Origin: Chloroflexota bacterium
GTDB taxonomy: Bacteria; Chloroflexota; Dehalococcoidia; DSTF01; JACRBR01
Assembly: GCA_031400455.1 (NCBI GenBank)
Contig: JANNPX010000005.1
Span: 25,577 to 89,576 of the forward strand
DNA: 64,000 nucleotides
Reading direction: 5' to 3'
Every line of letters begins with the position of its first letter. The first letter of the stretch is position 1. This document shows, piece after piece, positions 44,204 through 52,562 of the stretch. The notes under the pieces were generated by a model, which had not been told where the DNA came from, made no database searches, and saw only the letters and a program-made list of their open reading frames with translations. The position numbers were made by a program, and so were the translations under genes.

Positions 44204-47032
44204 TTGGCGCGGAGGATGATGGACGAATCTAGACCGGCAGTTCGGCTTATGCCGCGGGGGCCCCGGCTGACGGTGGGCCAAATGAGCCTCGGACTCGCCC
44301 TGGCAGTGAATCTGCTCATAGCCGGCGCCTATCTCTGGAGCCGTGGTGGGCAAACGACCCACGTTCGACTGGAGGCCCAGGGCAATCAGTTCGCCGCGTA
44401 CGTGGACGGGAAACTCCAGGTACAGGCGAATCTGGAAGCGCCTGCGAGTGGCGGATTCGACCTGGGTTTGGAGGACACTCGTGTTGTCCCAAGCCTCCCC
44501 CAGCCACGGGGCATCGACAGCATTCGGGTTACGAATCTGGATAACGGTGAAGTTCTTTTCGAAGACGACTTCTCGACGTTGCCGCTGAAGGGCAGCGGCG
44601 GATGGACGGATGTGATCGGGCCGGCGGTAGTTGCCGACGGCATATTGGGCGCGAACAACGCGGCCGTAACGCTACGCATGGACGATCGCGGCTGGAGCGA
44701 CTACGCCGTCGACGTCACGTATCGGAACATCACGAGTGGCTCGGTCACCGTGCGTTCCGGACTTGACGGCTCGGGTATCGACTACAACTTCCGCCCGTTC
44801 CGTCACTTCGACAACCGGTTGGCGCCCTTGGATAAGGGCAAGGCGGTGAAAGAGTACGGCGGACCACGGCTCCGAATGGACCGCGCGGAAACCATGAAGT
44901 CGATGTTGTCGATGACGCTGCGGCCGTATCCGTACGCGTTGGCACTGCTCGCGTTGGGTGCCGTCGCAGTGTTCGCGCTGGCGTCCGGCGGGTGGTTGCT
45001 GAACCGACACGGACGCGCGTTCGCGATCAGCCTGCCAGATTCGATCGCATGGATCGGCGCCGGAGCATTGGCCGTCGCGGTATTCGGCGTCACGCTGTTC
45101 ATCAATTACTCATACGGGTCGCACATAATCCACATACCGGACGAGGTGTCGTACCTGTTTCAGGCAAAGATTCTTGCATCCGGGAGATTCGCAGCCGACC
45201 CACCTCCCGTGCCGGAGTCGTTCGACTTCTTCTTTCCATCGCTGATCGTGACGTCGCATGGGAAATTCGCCAGCGTCTATCCGTTCGGTCATCCGCTGGT
45301 GTTGGCGGTCGGAATGCGCATCGGCGCGGTGTGGCTGATCCCACCCTTGCTGGGAGCAGGGTGCGTGGCGATGACGTTCGCGATCGGGCGACGCTTGTTC
45401 AACGCGCGCACGGGTATGCTGGCCGCGCTGATGATGGCGGCCTCGCCATTCTTCTTGATGAACGCAAGCAGCTTCATGTCGCATAACACGGCCGTGTTCT
45501 ACATTCTGGCTGCGCTACTGTTCCTGTCATTCGCGGATAGGCGACCGGTGCTGTTCCCGCTGCTTTCAGGCGTCTTCTTCGGGCTCCTCTTCAATACGCG
45601 TCCGCTCACGTCGATCGCCCTGGCGTTTCCGTTCGGCGTCATGTTGCTCTCGTTTCTGCTGCCGCGGGCACAACGTGCGCGTGGCGCGAAGCAGATCGGC
45701 GCGTTTGTCTTGGGTGGCCTGCTCATGCTCGTTGCGTACTGGCTCTACAACTTCGGCACGACCGGGACGTTCCAGGGCGGGTACCAGGTGAGCGGTGATG
45801 TTGGTCAAGTGGTGGGATTTGGCGGAAAGAACACGGTAGCCAACGGCATGCAGAACGAGTTGGTACAGCTTGCGTTCTTCTCACTCGTGCTCAACGGCTG
45901 GCCACGCTACATCGGGCTGATGTTCGTGCTGCTTCCGTTCATCCTCGGCACGACGAGTAAGTGGGACTGGTTCATGCTTGCGTGCGCCGTGGCGGTGATG
46001 GGCGTGTACACGCTGTATCTCGAAAACGGAGTCGCGTACGGACCGCGGTACTGGTACGAGTCGCTCCCCTTCCTCATGTTCCTTGCCGCCCGCGGCGCCG
46101 AGCGTGCGGCGGAAGTGCTCGCTGACGCGGTGCATCGTCTGTGGCAGCGGTGGCCCGGGACTGCCAATAGCCAGCGCCCTTTGTGGGCGAGCGTCATCAT
46201 CGTCTACGCGCTTGCGATCTCTCTGATATGCCTGGGCTCATATCGATGGCTGCTCGGTGACGCGCAACACTGGCGGGTGGATCAGATGCCGGCCCGTGCG
46301 CGCGACATGCGCAGCTACAATGGCGCCGATGATCGGCTGATCACACTCTTACAGAAGATGAAGCTAAAGAACGCGCTGGTGTTGACGAAGCCGTGCTCTA
46401 ACTGGCAGTGCATCGGCACGGTGTTCTGGTTGAATTCGCCGACGTTCGATGGCGATGTTGTGTACGCCCGATATCTTCCGGCGAAGAATGCCGAAGTGTT
46501 CGCGAAATATCCCGATCGGGCGGTGTACACAGCGACGTATCTGCCTCCGTCCATCGTGCCGTACGGCACGGATCCGGACACCGTCATCGACGGTGCTGGC
46601 GCTGTCGCAACACCTCCGAAGGGGAGCGACTTCCCACCGCCGACCGTAGTACCGACGAGCACGCCCGATCCGGCGGCGCCGGCCAAGCGCGACGAGCAGC
46701 GCCGCCGCGATCTAATTGTCGTCTTCGATCTGCTTCAGCGATATCACGCCGTCCACGGCAGCTATCCCGTCACGCAAAACATCCAGACGCTGTGTACGTA
46801 TGCTTTCGACTCCGGCTGCGCATTGAAGGAGTTGGGCGATCCAGTTCCTGGAGATCCGTTCCGCGACCGGGTCTACTCGTACCAGTCGACGGGACAGCAG
46901 TTCGTCCTCTACGCTGACTTCGAGGAAGATTCGTCGGGCGACCGTTGCTCGGTGCCGAGGCCCGGTCACTTTGCCGGCACGAAGCATTTGTTCTGCCTAC
47001 CCGGAGCACCCGACTCCGGGCAAGGGCGCTAG
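44204..47032 (+). CDS. Large GT-C (PMT/ArnT-like) membrane glycosyltransferase with an N-terminal lectin-like domain and a C-terminal pilin/GspG-like domain; start uncertain (44204-44219)
   Basis: PDEVSY..QAK, YPFGHP, FNTRP, YGPRYWYE in a multi-TM core; LFEDDF..GW..V.DG extracytoplasmic domain; PT linker then KRDEQRRRDL...RY....GSYP...PGDP...YSYQS. Confidence 0.85.
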   Translation: MARRMMDESRPAVRLMPRGPRLTVGQMSLGLALAVNLLIAGAYLWSRGGQTTHVRLEAQGNQFAAYVDGKLQVQANLEAPASGGFDLGLEDTRVVPSLPQPRGIDSIRVTNLDNGEVLFEDDFSTLPLKGSGGWTDVIGPAVVADGILGANNAAVTLRMDDRGWSDYAVDVTYRNITSGSVTVRSGLDGSGIDYNFRPFRHFDNRLAPLDKGKAVKEYGGPRLRMDRAETMKSMLSMTLRPYPYALALLALGAVAVFALASGGWLLNRHGRAFAISLPDSIAWIGAGALAVAVFGVTLFINYSYGSHIIHIPDEVSYLFQAKILASGRFAADPPPVPESFDFFFPSLIVTSHGKFASVYPFGHPLVLAVGMRIGAVWLIPPLLGAGCVAMTFAIGRRLFNARTGMLAALMMAASPFFLMNASSFMSHNTAVFYILAALLFLSFADRRPVLFPLLSGVFFGLLFNTRPLTSIALAFPFGVMLLSFLLPRAQRARGAKQIGAFVLGGLLMLVAYWLYNFGTTGTFQGGYQVSGDVGQVVGFGGKNTVANGMQNELVQLAFFSLVLNGWPRYIGLMFVLLPFILGTTSKWDWFMLACAVAVMGVYTLYLENGVAYGPRYWYESLPFLMFLAARGAERAAEVLADAVHRLWQRWPGTANSQRPLWASVIIVYALAISLICLGSYRWLLGDAQHWRVDQMPARARDMRSYNGADDRLITLLQKMKLKNALVLTKPCSNWQCIGTVFWLNSPTFDGDVVYARYLPAKNAEVFAKYPDRAVYTATYLPPSIVPYGTDPDTVIDGAGAVATPPKGSDFPPPTVVPTSTPDPAAPAKRDEQRRRDLIVVFDLLQRYHAVHGSYPVTQNIQTLCTYAFDSGCALKELGDPVPGDPFRDRVYSYQSTGQQFVLYADFEEDSSGDRCSVPRPGHFAGTKHLFCLPGAPDSGQGR

Positions 47033-47047
47033 CCTTCCCGTTTGCGC

Positions 47048-47077
47048 GCCGCATCGCTGTGACTGATACGATGCGGC
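47048..47077. promoter_or_regulatory. 9-bp inverted repeat overlapping an extended -10 of fluC (operator or terminator)
   Basis: GCCGCATCG-N12-CGATGCGGC; TG-A-TACGAT (47064-47072), 9 nt before the ATG. Confidence 0.4.
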
Positions 47078-47081
47078 CAAG

Positions 47082-47447
47082 ATGAACGTTATCTACGTCG
47101 CGCTCGGCGGCGCTCTCGGGTCGCTCGCACGCTACTACGTCGGCATCTGGCTGACGAACGCTACAGGCGCGGTATCGCCCGCGACGTTCGCCGTGAACAT
47201 CGTCGGCTCATTCCTCATCGGCCTCTTCCTCGTGGCGAGCGCCGAGCGCTCCTGGTCGAACGCACTGGTACTGCTCGTCGCGGTCGGCTTCCTCGGCGGC
47301 TTCACTACATTCTCGACGTTCACGTGGCAGACGTATCAGCTCGCGGAATCCGGCGATACCAACCGAGCCATTCTGAACGTCGGCGCGAGCCTGATCGTCG
47401 GCTTGCTCGCCGTCTGGGCCGGCGCGACGCTCGCGAAGGCGTTCTGA
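47082..47447 (+). CDS. crcB: Fluoride channel FluC/CrcB
   Basis: GGALGSLARY, TFAVNIVGSF, GFLGGFTTFSTF. Confidence 0.96.
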   Translation: MNVIYVALGGALGSLARYYVGIWLTNATGAVSPATFAVNIVGSFLIGLFLVASAERSWSNALVLLVAVGFLGGFTTFSTFTWQTYQLAESGDTNRAILNVGASLIVGLLAVWAGATLAKAF

Positions 47448-47502
47448 GCAGCCTTCTCGCATCGCTTCCCGCTGCGTATCATCATGATCTGAGGAGGACC
47501 AC

Positions 47503-47871
47503 ATGACCGACGCGAAGCAGATCGTACGCGACTTCTGCGCTGCCTGGGAGGCGCGCGACCAGCAGCGCATCCTCGACGCCTTCACCGACGATGCCGTCTA
47601 CCACAACATGCCGATGCCTCCCGCTGCTGGCAAGGACGCGATCAAAGGCCTGCTGGCCGTCATCCTCGCCCCTGCACAGAGCGTGAAATTCGAGATCAAA
47701 TATGTCGTCGCTGACGGCGATGTCGTGCTGACGGAGCGCGTCGACACGTTCCAGATGGGAGACACGACCGTCGCGCTCGAGGTCATGGGCACGTTCGAGC
47801 TGCGCGACGGCAAGATCGCCGCCTGGCGAGACTACTTCGACATGGCTTCGTGGACCCGCCAGGCAGGCTGA
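47503..47871 (+). CDS. Limonene-1,2-epoxide hydrolase family protein
   Basis: YHN, LTERVD and KIAAWRDYFD, carrying the Tyr/Asn and Arg-Asp/Asp catalytic set. Confidence 0.9.
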   Translation: MTDAKQIVRDFCAAWEARDQQRILDAFTDDAVYHNMPMPPAAGKDAIKGLLAVILAPAQSVKFEIKYVVADGDVVLTERVDTFQMGDTTVALEVMGTFELRDGKIAAWRDYFDMASWTRQAG

Positions 47872-48426
47872 GTGCACGAACCACAACCGGTATCCGTCGA
47901 TGTCGATGTCCCCCTACCTTCGAGCGCTCGTCGCAGACCACGTCTGCGGCTGTTGATCGGACTGTGTGCTGTCCTGTGTGCGCTGGCATCGGCCGCCGCG
48001 AGCAGCGGCTGCATCGTCCTCGCGAATACGGAGATCGTGCTCTACGCCGAGGTCAACGCTGTCCGTACCGAAGCAGGCCTCCCACCACTGCAGGCGGATC
48101 CGGAACTCGCAGACATCGCGCGATTCCACAGCACTGACATGGCGGTTAACCACACGTTTCGGCACGAGTTCGCCGACGGTTGCACGGTCATCTGCGTGAT
48201 GGACGAGCGCGGCGTGTCGCGCGCTTGGGCGGGCGAAAACCTCGAAGTCAACAACTACGAATGGACCGAGACCGCCCAGCGCGCGGTGGCGAAATGGCGG
48301 AGCACCCCCGAACACCTCAAGAACATGCTGAGCTGCAACTACACACGCTTCGGCGCTGGCGTTGTGCCGGACGACACCGGCCGCATCTACTTCAGCATGG
48401 TCTTCGAAGGCGATGCCGCCTGCTGA
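47872..48426 (+). CDS. Secreted CAP (SCP/TAPS) domain protein
   Basis: Signal/TM helix, VNAVRTEAGLPPL, ARFHSTDMA, GENL, W..TPEH..NML. Confidence 0.88.
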   Translation: MHEPQPVSVDVDVPLPSSARRRPRLRLLIGLCAVLCALASAAASSGCIVLANTEIVLYAEVNAVRTEAGLPPLQADPELADIARFHSTDMAVNHTFRHEFADGCTVICVMDERGVSRAWAGENLEVNNYEWTETAQRAVAKWRSTPEHLKNMLSCNYTRFGAGVVPDDTGRIYFSMVFEGDAAC

Positions 48427-48454
48427 TGCCTGCTTCCCGGGCGTCCCAAACCGA

Positions 48455-48482
48455 CTGTCATCCAGAGCGAAGCGAAGGATCT
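48455..48482 (+). repeat. Dispersed 28-bp intergenic repeat (copy 2)
   Basis: CTGTCATCCAGAGCGAAGCGAAGGATCT, 25/28 identical to 31611-31638. Confidence 0.75.
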
Positions 48483-48611
48483 TCTCCATCTGGCGCGGTG
48501 CTCGGAGCAAGCCACGAACGAGCCGTCCAACACGTGCCCATCGCCGCCGCGTCCCGTACACTCGATCACGCGGCGCGCTCGCGGGAGCGCCCCAGCAACA
48601 CGAGGTGACAA

Positions 48612-49583
48612 ATGGTCGCAATATTCGGAGACATCACCGGCAAGGACGACTACACCCACCCGTTGGGGCCCGAGTCCAACTTCAATGAGAGCATGTACTT
48701 CAACTTCTTCGACCGCGCTCGCAAGAGCGGCGGCTTCGTCCGCCTCGGCAATCGCGCGAATGAGGGCCGCGCCGAACTGACCATCACGCTCTACCTGCCC
48801 GACGGCAGCGTGCTGTTCCAGTACGACCGCCCGATGATCGAGAATAACGACGCCTTCGATGCGGGCGGCATGCGCTTCGGGGTGATCGAACCACTCGAGA
48901 AGCTGCGCACGGTCTATGAAGGGGGCGCCGTCCACCTGAAGGATCCGTCGCAGATGGCCGACCCTCGCACCGCATTCAAGAACAACCCGTGGAAGAAGGT
49001 CAAGCTCGACCTCATCCACGAAGCCGCCGGCCCCGCGTACGGCAGCACCGGCGCGAACCACAAGGTCGTCGATCCCGAGAAGGAGTTCGCGAAGGCGCAC
49101 TACGAGCAGCACATGAAGGTGCACGGCACCATCGAGGTCGATGGCGAGGTGATGCAGATCGACGGCCTTGGCCTGCGCGATCACTCGTGGGGTCCTCGCT
49201 ACTGGCAGGCGATCCACGCTTATCGCTGGCTGACGATCAACTTCGGCCCCGACTTCGGCATGATGGTCTCGACCGTTTGGCGCGACGCCGACAACCGCAC
49301 GCAGGGCGGCGTCGTGTACCGCGGCGACAAGATGGACCAGATCGTCGGCGTCGATATCGATACCCAGTTCGAGGACAATGGCCTCTTCCACAAGAGCCTC
49401 GTTGCCCATCTCAAGCTCAACACCGGCGAGCAGTTCGACGTCACCGGCGACGTGATGGGCTTCATCCCCCTCCGCAACCGCCGCGAAGGCATGATCACCC
49501 ACGTCGGCGAAGGCATGACAGAATTCCGCTGCGGCGATGCCGTAGGCTACGGCCTCTCCGAATACCTGGATCAAGTCGTCTAG
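48612..49583 (+). CDS. Hypothetical protein with a lipocalin/CrtC-AttH-like double beta-barrel signature (DUF7064-like)
   Basis: FNESMYFNF, RLGNRAN, HYEQ, GLRDHSWGPRYW, GYGLSEY. Confidence 0.7.
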   Translation: MVAIFGDITGKDDYTHPLGPESNFNESMYFNFFDRARKSGGFVRLGNRANEGRAELTITLYLPDGSVLFQYDRPMIENNDAFDAGGMRFGVIEPLEKLRTVYEGGAVHLKDPSQMADPRTAFKNNPWKKVKLDLIHEAAGPAYGSTGANHKVVDPEKEFAKAHYEQHMKVHGTIEVDGEVMQIDGLGLRDHSWGPRYWQAIHAYRWLTINFGPDFGMMVSTVWRDADNRTQGGVVYRGDKMDQIVGVDIDTQFEDNGLFHKSLVAHLKLNTGEQFDVTGDVMGFIPLRNRREGMITHVGEGMTEFRCGDAVGYGLSEYLDQVV

Positions 49584-49689
49584 AGCACACTCATCGTTCC
49601 CCTCTGTGGGCACGAACGCCGTTTGGGGGCGCAACTGTCACTAACTCTCCCGATGAAGCCGCTGTGCCGCTCTGTCGTGGTGAACCTTC

Positions 49690-50718
49690 GTGACTGACGA
49701 AGAACTCGCCCGTGGAATCGAAACCTTCATCGCACGGCAGACCGGCGCGACATCCGTACGCGTCTCCGACCTCCGCCGACTCACCGGCGGCGCATCCCGC
49801 GAAACATGGTCGCTCGACGCCACCATCGAACGCGACGGCGCCGCGACCGAAACACTGCCTCTGATCCTCCAACGCGACGTGCGCGGCGCACCCAAGGAAC
49901 TCACGCGGCCAATGGAGTTCCATCTCATGAAAGCCGCCTTCGACGAAGGCGTGCGCGCGCCCGAACCGCTCTGGGTCGGCGACGAGGCCGTCGGCTCCGG
50001 CGAATCGTTTTTCGTGCGCCGCATCGACGGCGAGACCCTGCCACGCCGCCTCCTGCGCGAAGACCTCTACGCGCCCGCCCGCGCCGCGCTGCCCGAACAA
50101 CTAGGCGCGTTACTGGCGCAAATACACGCCATCCCCGTCGAGAAGCACGGCCTCGCGTCGCTGCCCGCCCCGCCGCCCGGCGTCTCGCCCGCCGTCCACG
50201 AGGTCGACCGCTACGAAAACATCTTCCGCATGATCGCGCCGGAGCCGCATCCCGCGTTCGAACTCGCGTTCCGCTGGCTGCGCCAGCATCCCGTGATCGC
50301 TGCCGCAGCGCCCACCTCACGCACGCTCGTCCACGGCGACTTCCGCATCGGCAACGTCCTCTTCGGCCCGGAGGGGCTGCGCGTTATGCTCGACTGGGAG
50401 CTCGCGCACATCGGCGATCCGATGGAGGACATGGGCTTCATCTGCGTGCGCTCGTGGCGGTTCCGTGGCCCGAAGCCCGTCGGCGGCATCGGCGATCGCG
50501 AACCCTTCTTCGCCGCATACGAAGCCGCGGGCGGCGCGAAGGTCGACCCCGAGCGCGTCCGCTTCTGGGAAGTCTTCGGCAACCTCCGCTGGGGCATCAT
50601 CTGCCTCAGCCAGGCCCGCACCTACCTCGACGGCATCTCGAAGAGCGTAGAACTGGCCAGCATCGGCCGCCGCACCGCCGAAACCGAATGGGAGTTGTTG
50701 GAGCTGATCAGCTCGTAA
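49690..50718 (+). CDS. APH-family phosphotransferase (LvaA / ACAD10-11 kinase-like)
   Basis: GGASRETW, EFHLM, LVHGDFRIGN, LDWELAHIGDPMED, R..ETE. Confidence 0.9.
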   Translation: MTDEELARGIETFIARQTGATSVRVSDLRRLTGGASRETWSLDATIERDGAATETLPLILQRDVRGAPKELTRPMEFHLMKAAFDEGVRAPEPLWVGDEAVGSGESFFVRRIDGETLPRRLLREDLYAPARAALPEQLGALLAQIHAIPVEKHGLASLPAPPPGVSPAVHEVDRYENIFRMIAPEPHPAFELAFRWLRQHPVIAAAAPTSRTLVHGDFRIGNVLFGPEGLRVMLDWELAHIGDPMEDMGFICVRSWRFRGPKPVGGIGDREPFFAAYEAAGGAKVDPERVRFWEVFGNLRWGIICLSQARTYLDGISKSVELASIGRRTAETEWELLELISS

Positions 50719-50725
50719 CGAGGAC

Positions 50726-50750
50726 GTAGGGACGCAGCTTCAGCTCCGTC
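50726..50750 (+). repeat. GTAG-type REP-like hairpin
   Basis: GTAGG-GACGCAGC-TTCA-GCTCCGTC; shares AGCTTCAGCTCCG with 27673-27696. Confidence 0.6.
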
Positions 50751-50776
50751 GTCCGGGTTGGCCGAAGGCCACGAGA

Positions 50777-50807
50777 ACTACAAACTACCCACTACAAACT
50801 ACAAACT
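50777..50807 (+). repeat. Heptamer tandem repeat (ACTACAA)n
   Basis: ACTACAA ACTACCC ACTACAA ACTACAA ACT. Confidence 0.8.
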
Positions 50808-50820
50808 GGAGCGAAGCGAC

Positions 50821-51213
50821 ATGCACGACCGCCCGACCGTAGACGAACTCCTCCGCGCCGTCGAGCTGCTGCTCGACGAGCAGTTCGTGCCGACCCTCGA
50901 CGGCAGTCGCAAGTACAACGCGCGCGTCGCCTCCAACGTCATCCGCATCGTCCGCCGCGAGCTCCAGCACGAAGAGCAACAGCTCGACGCCGAATGGCGC
51001 GGCCTCGATGTCGTCCTCGGCGCCTCCGCTCGCCCCGGATCGCTGTCGGCCACGAAGCAGCAGCTAGTCGACCGCAACCGCGAGCTCTCCGAACGCATCA
51101 GTGAAGGCGACGCCGATGCCGGCCACTTTCGCGAGCTAGTGATAGCCCACGTCCGCGACACCGTCCACGCCAAAATGGAAGTCTCGAACCCGGAGTGGCT
51201 ATCGAGGCCATAA
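50821..51213 (+). CDS. DUF6285 / LvaB-like small helical protein
   Basis: MHDRPTVDELLRAV..L....P.L.G...YNARVASN.I.IVRRE; follows the APH kinase. Confidence 0.82.
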   Translation: MHDRPTVDELLRAVELLLDEQFVPTLDGSRKYNARVASNVIRIVRRELQHEEQQLDAEWRGLDVVLGASARPGSLSATKQQLVDRNRELSERISEGDADAGHFRELVIAHVRDTVHAKMEVSNPEWLSRP

Positions 51214-51485
51214 CCACGCGTGCCGCTCGGCGGCGACGTGGCGAACACCCCACCCCACACGCCAGCAGGAGCTTCGCCGAGCAGCGCAACATTCCCGCGC
51301 GTCCGCGCGCAGTGACACCACCCGCTAGGCGTTCGCCCGACCGCGCCGCTACCGTGATCGAGGAGTAGTGCGCGCAGCACGCACGCTGTCGCGGGTTCGG
51401 TGGCCGGGCGCGAAGCGACGAAGCACCGGCTAGACATAAATCGTCGAAAACAGCGAAAGTGCCGAACAAACGCAACACCGCAAGG

Positions 51486-52451
51486 CTAAGTCGCGAACAC
51501 GCCACCCAGCACATCGAGCAGCAGCTTCGCCGCGATGCGCGGCGTCACCCCGGCGGCGTCGTACACCGGGTCGACCTCCGTTAGGTCGAGGCCGATGATG
51601 TCGTACTGCTTCGCGACCAGCAGCAGCGCTTCCTTGAGTTGGTAGTACGTGATGCCGCCCGGCTCCGGATACCCCGTACCCGGCGCGGATCCGGGATCTA
51701 GTACGTCGATGTCGATCGTGACATACGCCGCGCCTCGGCCGGGTAGCACGGACAGCGCGGACGGCACACCATCGCGCACGATGCGATCCGCCGGCACGAT
51801 AATCACGCCATCGCGGTGCGCCGCCTCCCACGGCTCGAAGCGCTCGAGCACGCCGCGCAGTCCGATCTGCACGATCTGCTTGACGTGCGGCAGCTCGCTC
51901 GACCGCCGCATGTGGTTGTCGTGCGAGTAACGGACGCCGTGCTTCTCGTCGGTGTAGTCCTGGTGCGCGTCGAACTGGATCAGCGTCAGCGGATTGTCAT
52001 CGAACGCGCGGACGATCGGGAACGTGATCGCGTGGTCGCCGCCGACGAACACCGGCACGCGGCAGTTGCGCCGCACCAGCCGCGCCGCCTCGGTGATGAT
52101 GTCGAAGTTCTCGAGCAGGTCGACCGTGCGCACGTCGATATCGCCGACGTCGGCCATCGAGACGCCGGCGAGGATTCGTACGCCGCTCTCGGCATCGAGC
52201 CACCCGGACCAGTCCTCCTCGGGCTCGTAGCGCGTCGACGCGTCGCGGATCGCAGCCGGCCCGAAGCGCGCCCCCGGCCGGTCGTTCGTCCCGCCATCAA
52301 ACGGCACGCCGGCGAAGCCGATATCCGCGTGCCACGCATCCATGTCCTCGACGACGGGTGCCCGGAAGAACGAGGCGAAGCCATGGCGCATCACGCCATC
52401 GGCGTGCGATGGGCTGGCGGCGGTCGATGGGCGGCGGAAGACGGTCGTCAT
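51486..52451 (-). CDS. Ureohydrolase (agmatinase/guanidinase family); start may be at 52505
   Basis: GVPFD, RPGARFGP, GGDHAIT, DAHQD, DIDVLDP..APGTG.PEPGG. Confidence 0.92.
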   Translation of the reverse strand: MTTVFRRPSTAASPSHADGVMRHGFASFFRAPVVEDMDAWHADIGFAGVPFDGGTNDRPGARFGPAAIRDASTRYEPEEDWSGWLDAESGVRILAGVSMADVGDIDVRTVDLLENFDIITEAARLVRRNCRVPVFVGGDHAITFPIVRAFDDNPLTLIQFDAHQDYTDEKHGVRYSHDNHMRRSSELPHVKQIVQIGLRGVLERFEPWEAAHRDGVIIVPADRIVRDGVPSALSVLPGRGAAYVTIDIDVLDPGSAPGTGYPEPGGITYYQLKEALLLVAKQYDIIGLDLTEVDPVYDAAGVTPRIAAKLLLDVLGGVFAT

Positions 52452-52562
52452 CGGGTGGTCGCCTGGTCGCTGGATGTCCTGTCCGTTCGATCGAGTATCG
52501 GCCACGCAGGGGCGGCTCGAAGGCCGCCCGGGTCATCTTAGCGCCGTTGGACGTGGCCGCGG

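Noticed and set aside
47033-47081. Fluoride riboswitch before crcB
   Set aside because: No GGCGATGG...CTGATG consensus; only a simple inverted repeat and a probable leaderless promoter.
52452-52562. Guanidine riboswitch before the ureohydrolase
   Set aside because: No twin ACGR hairpins and no ykkC or ykkC-III core; only one GC hairpin.
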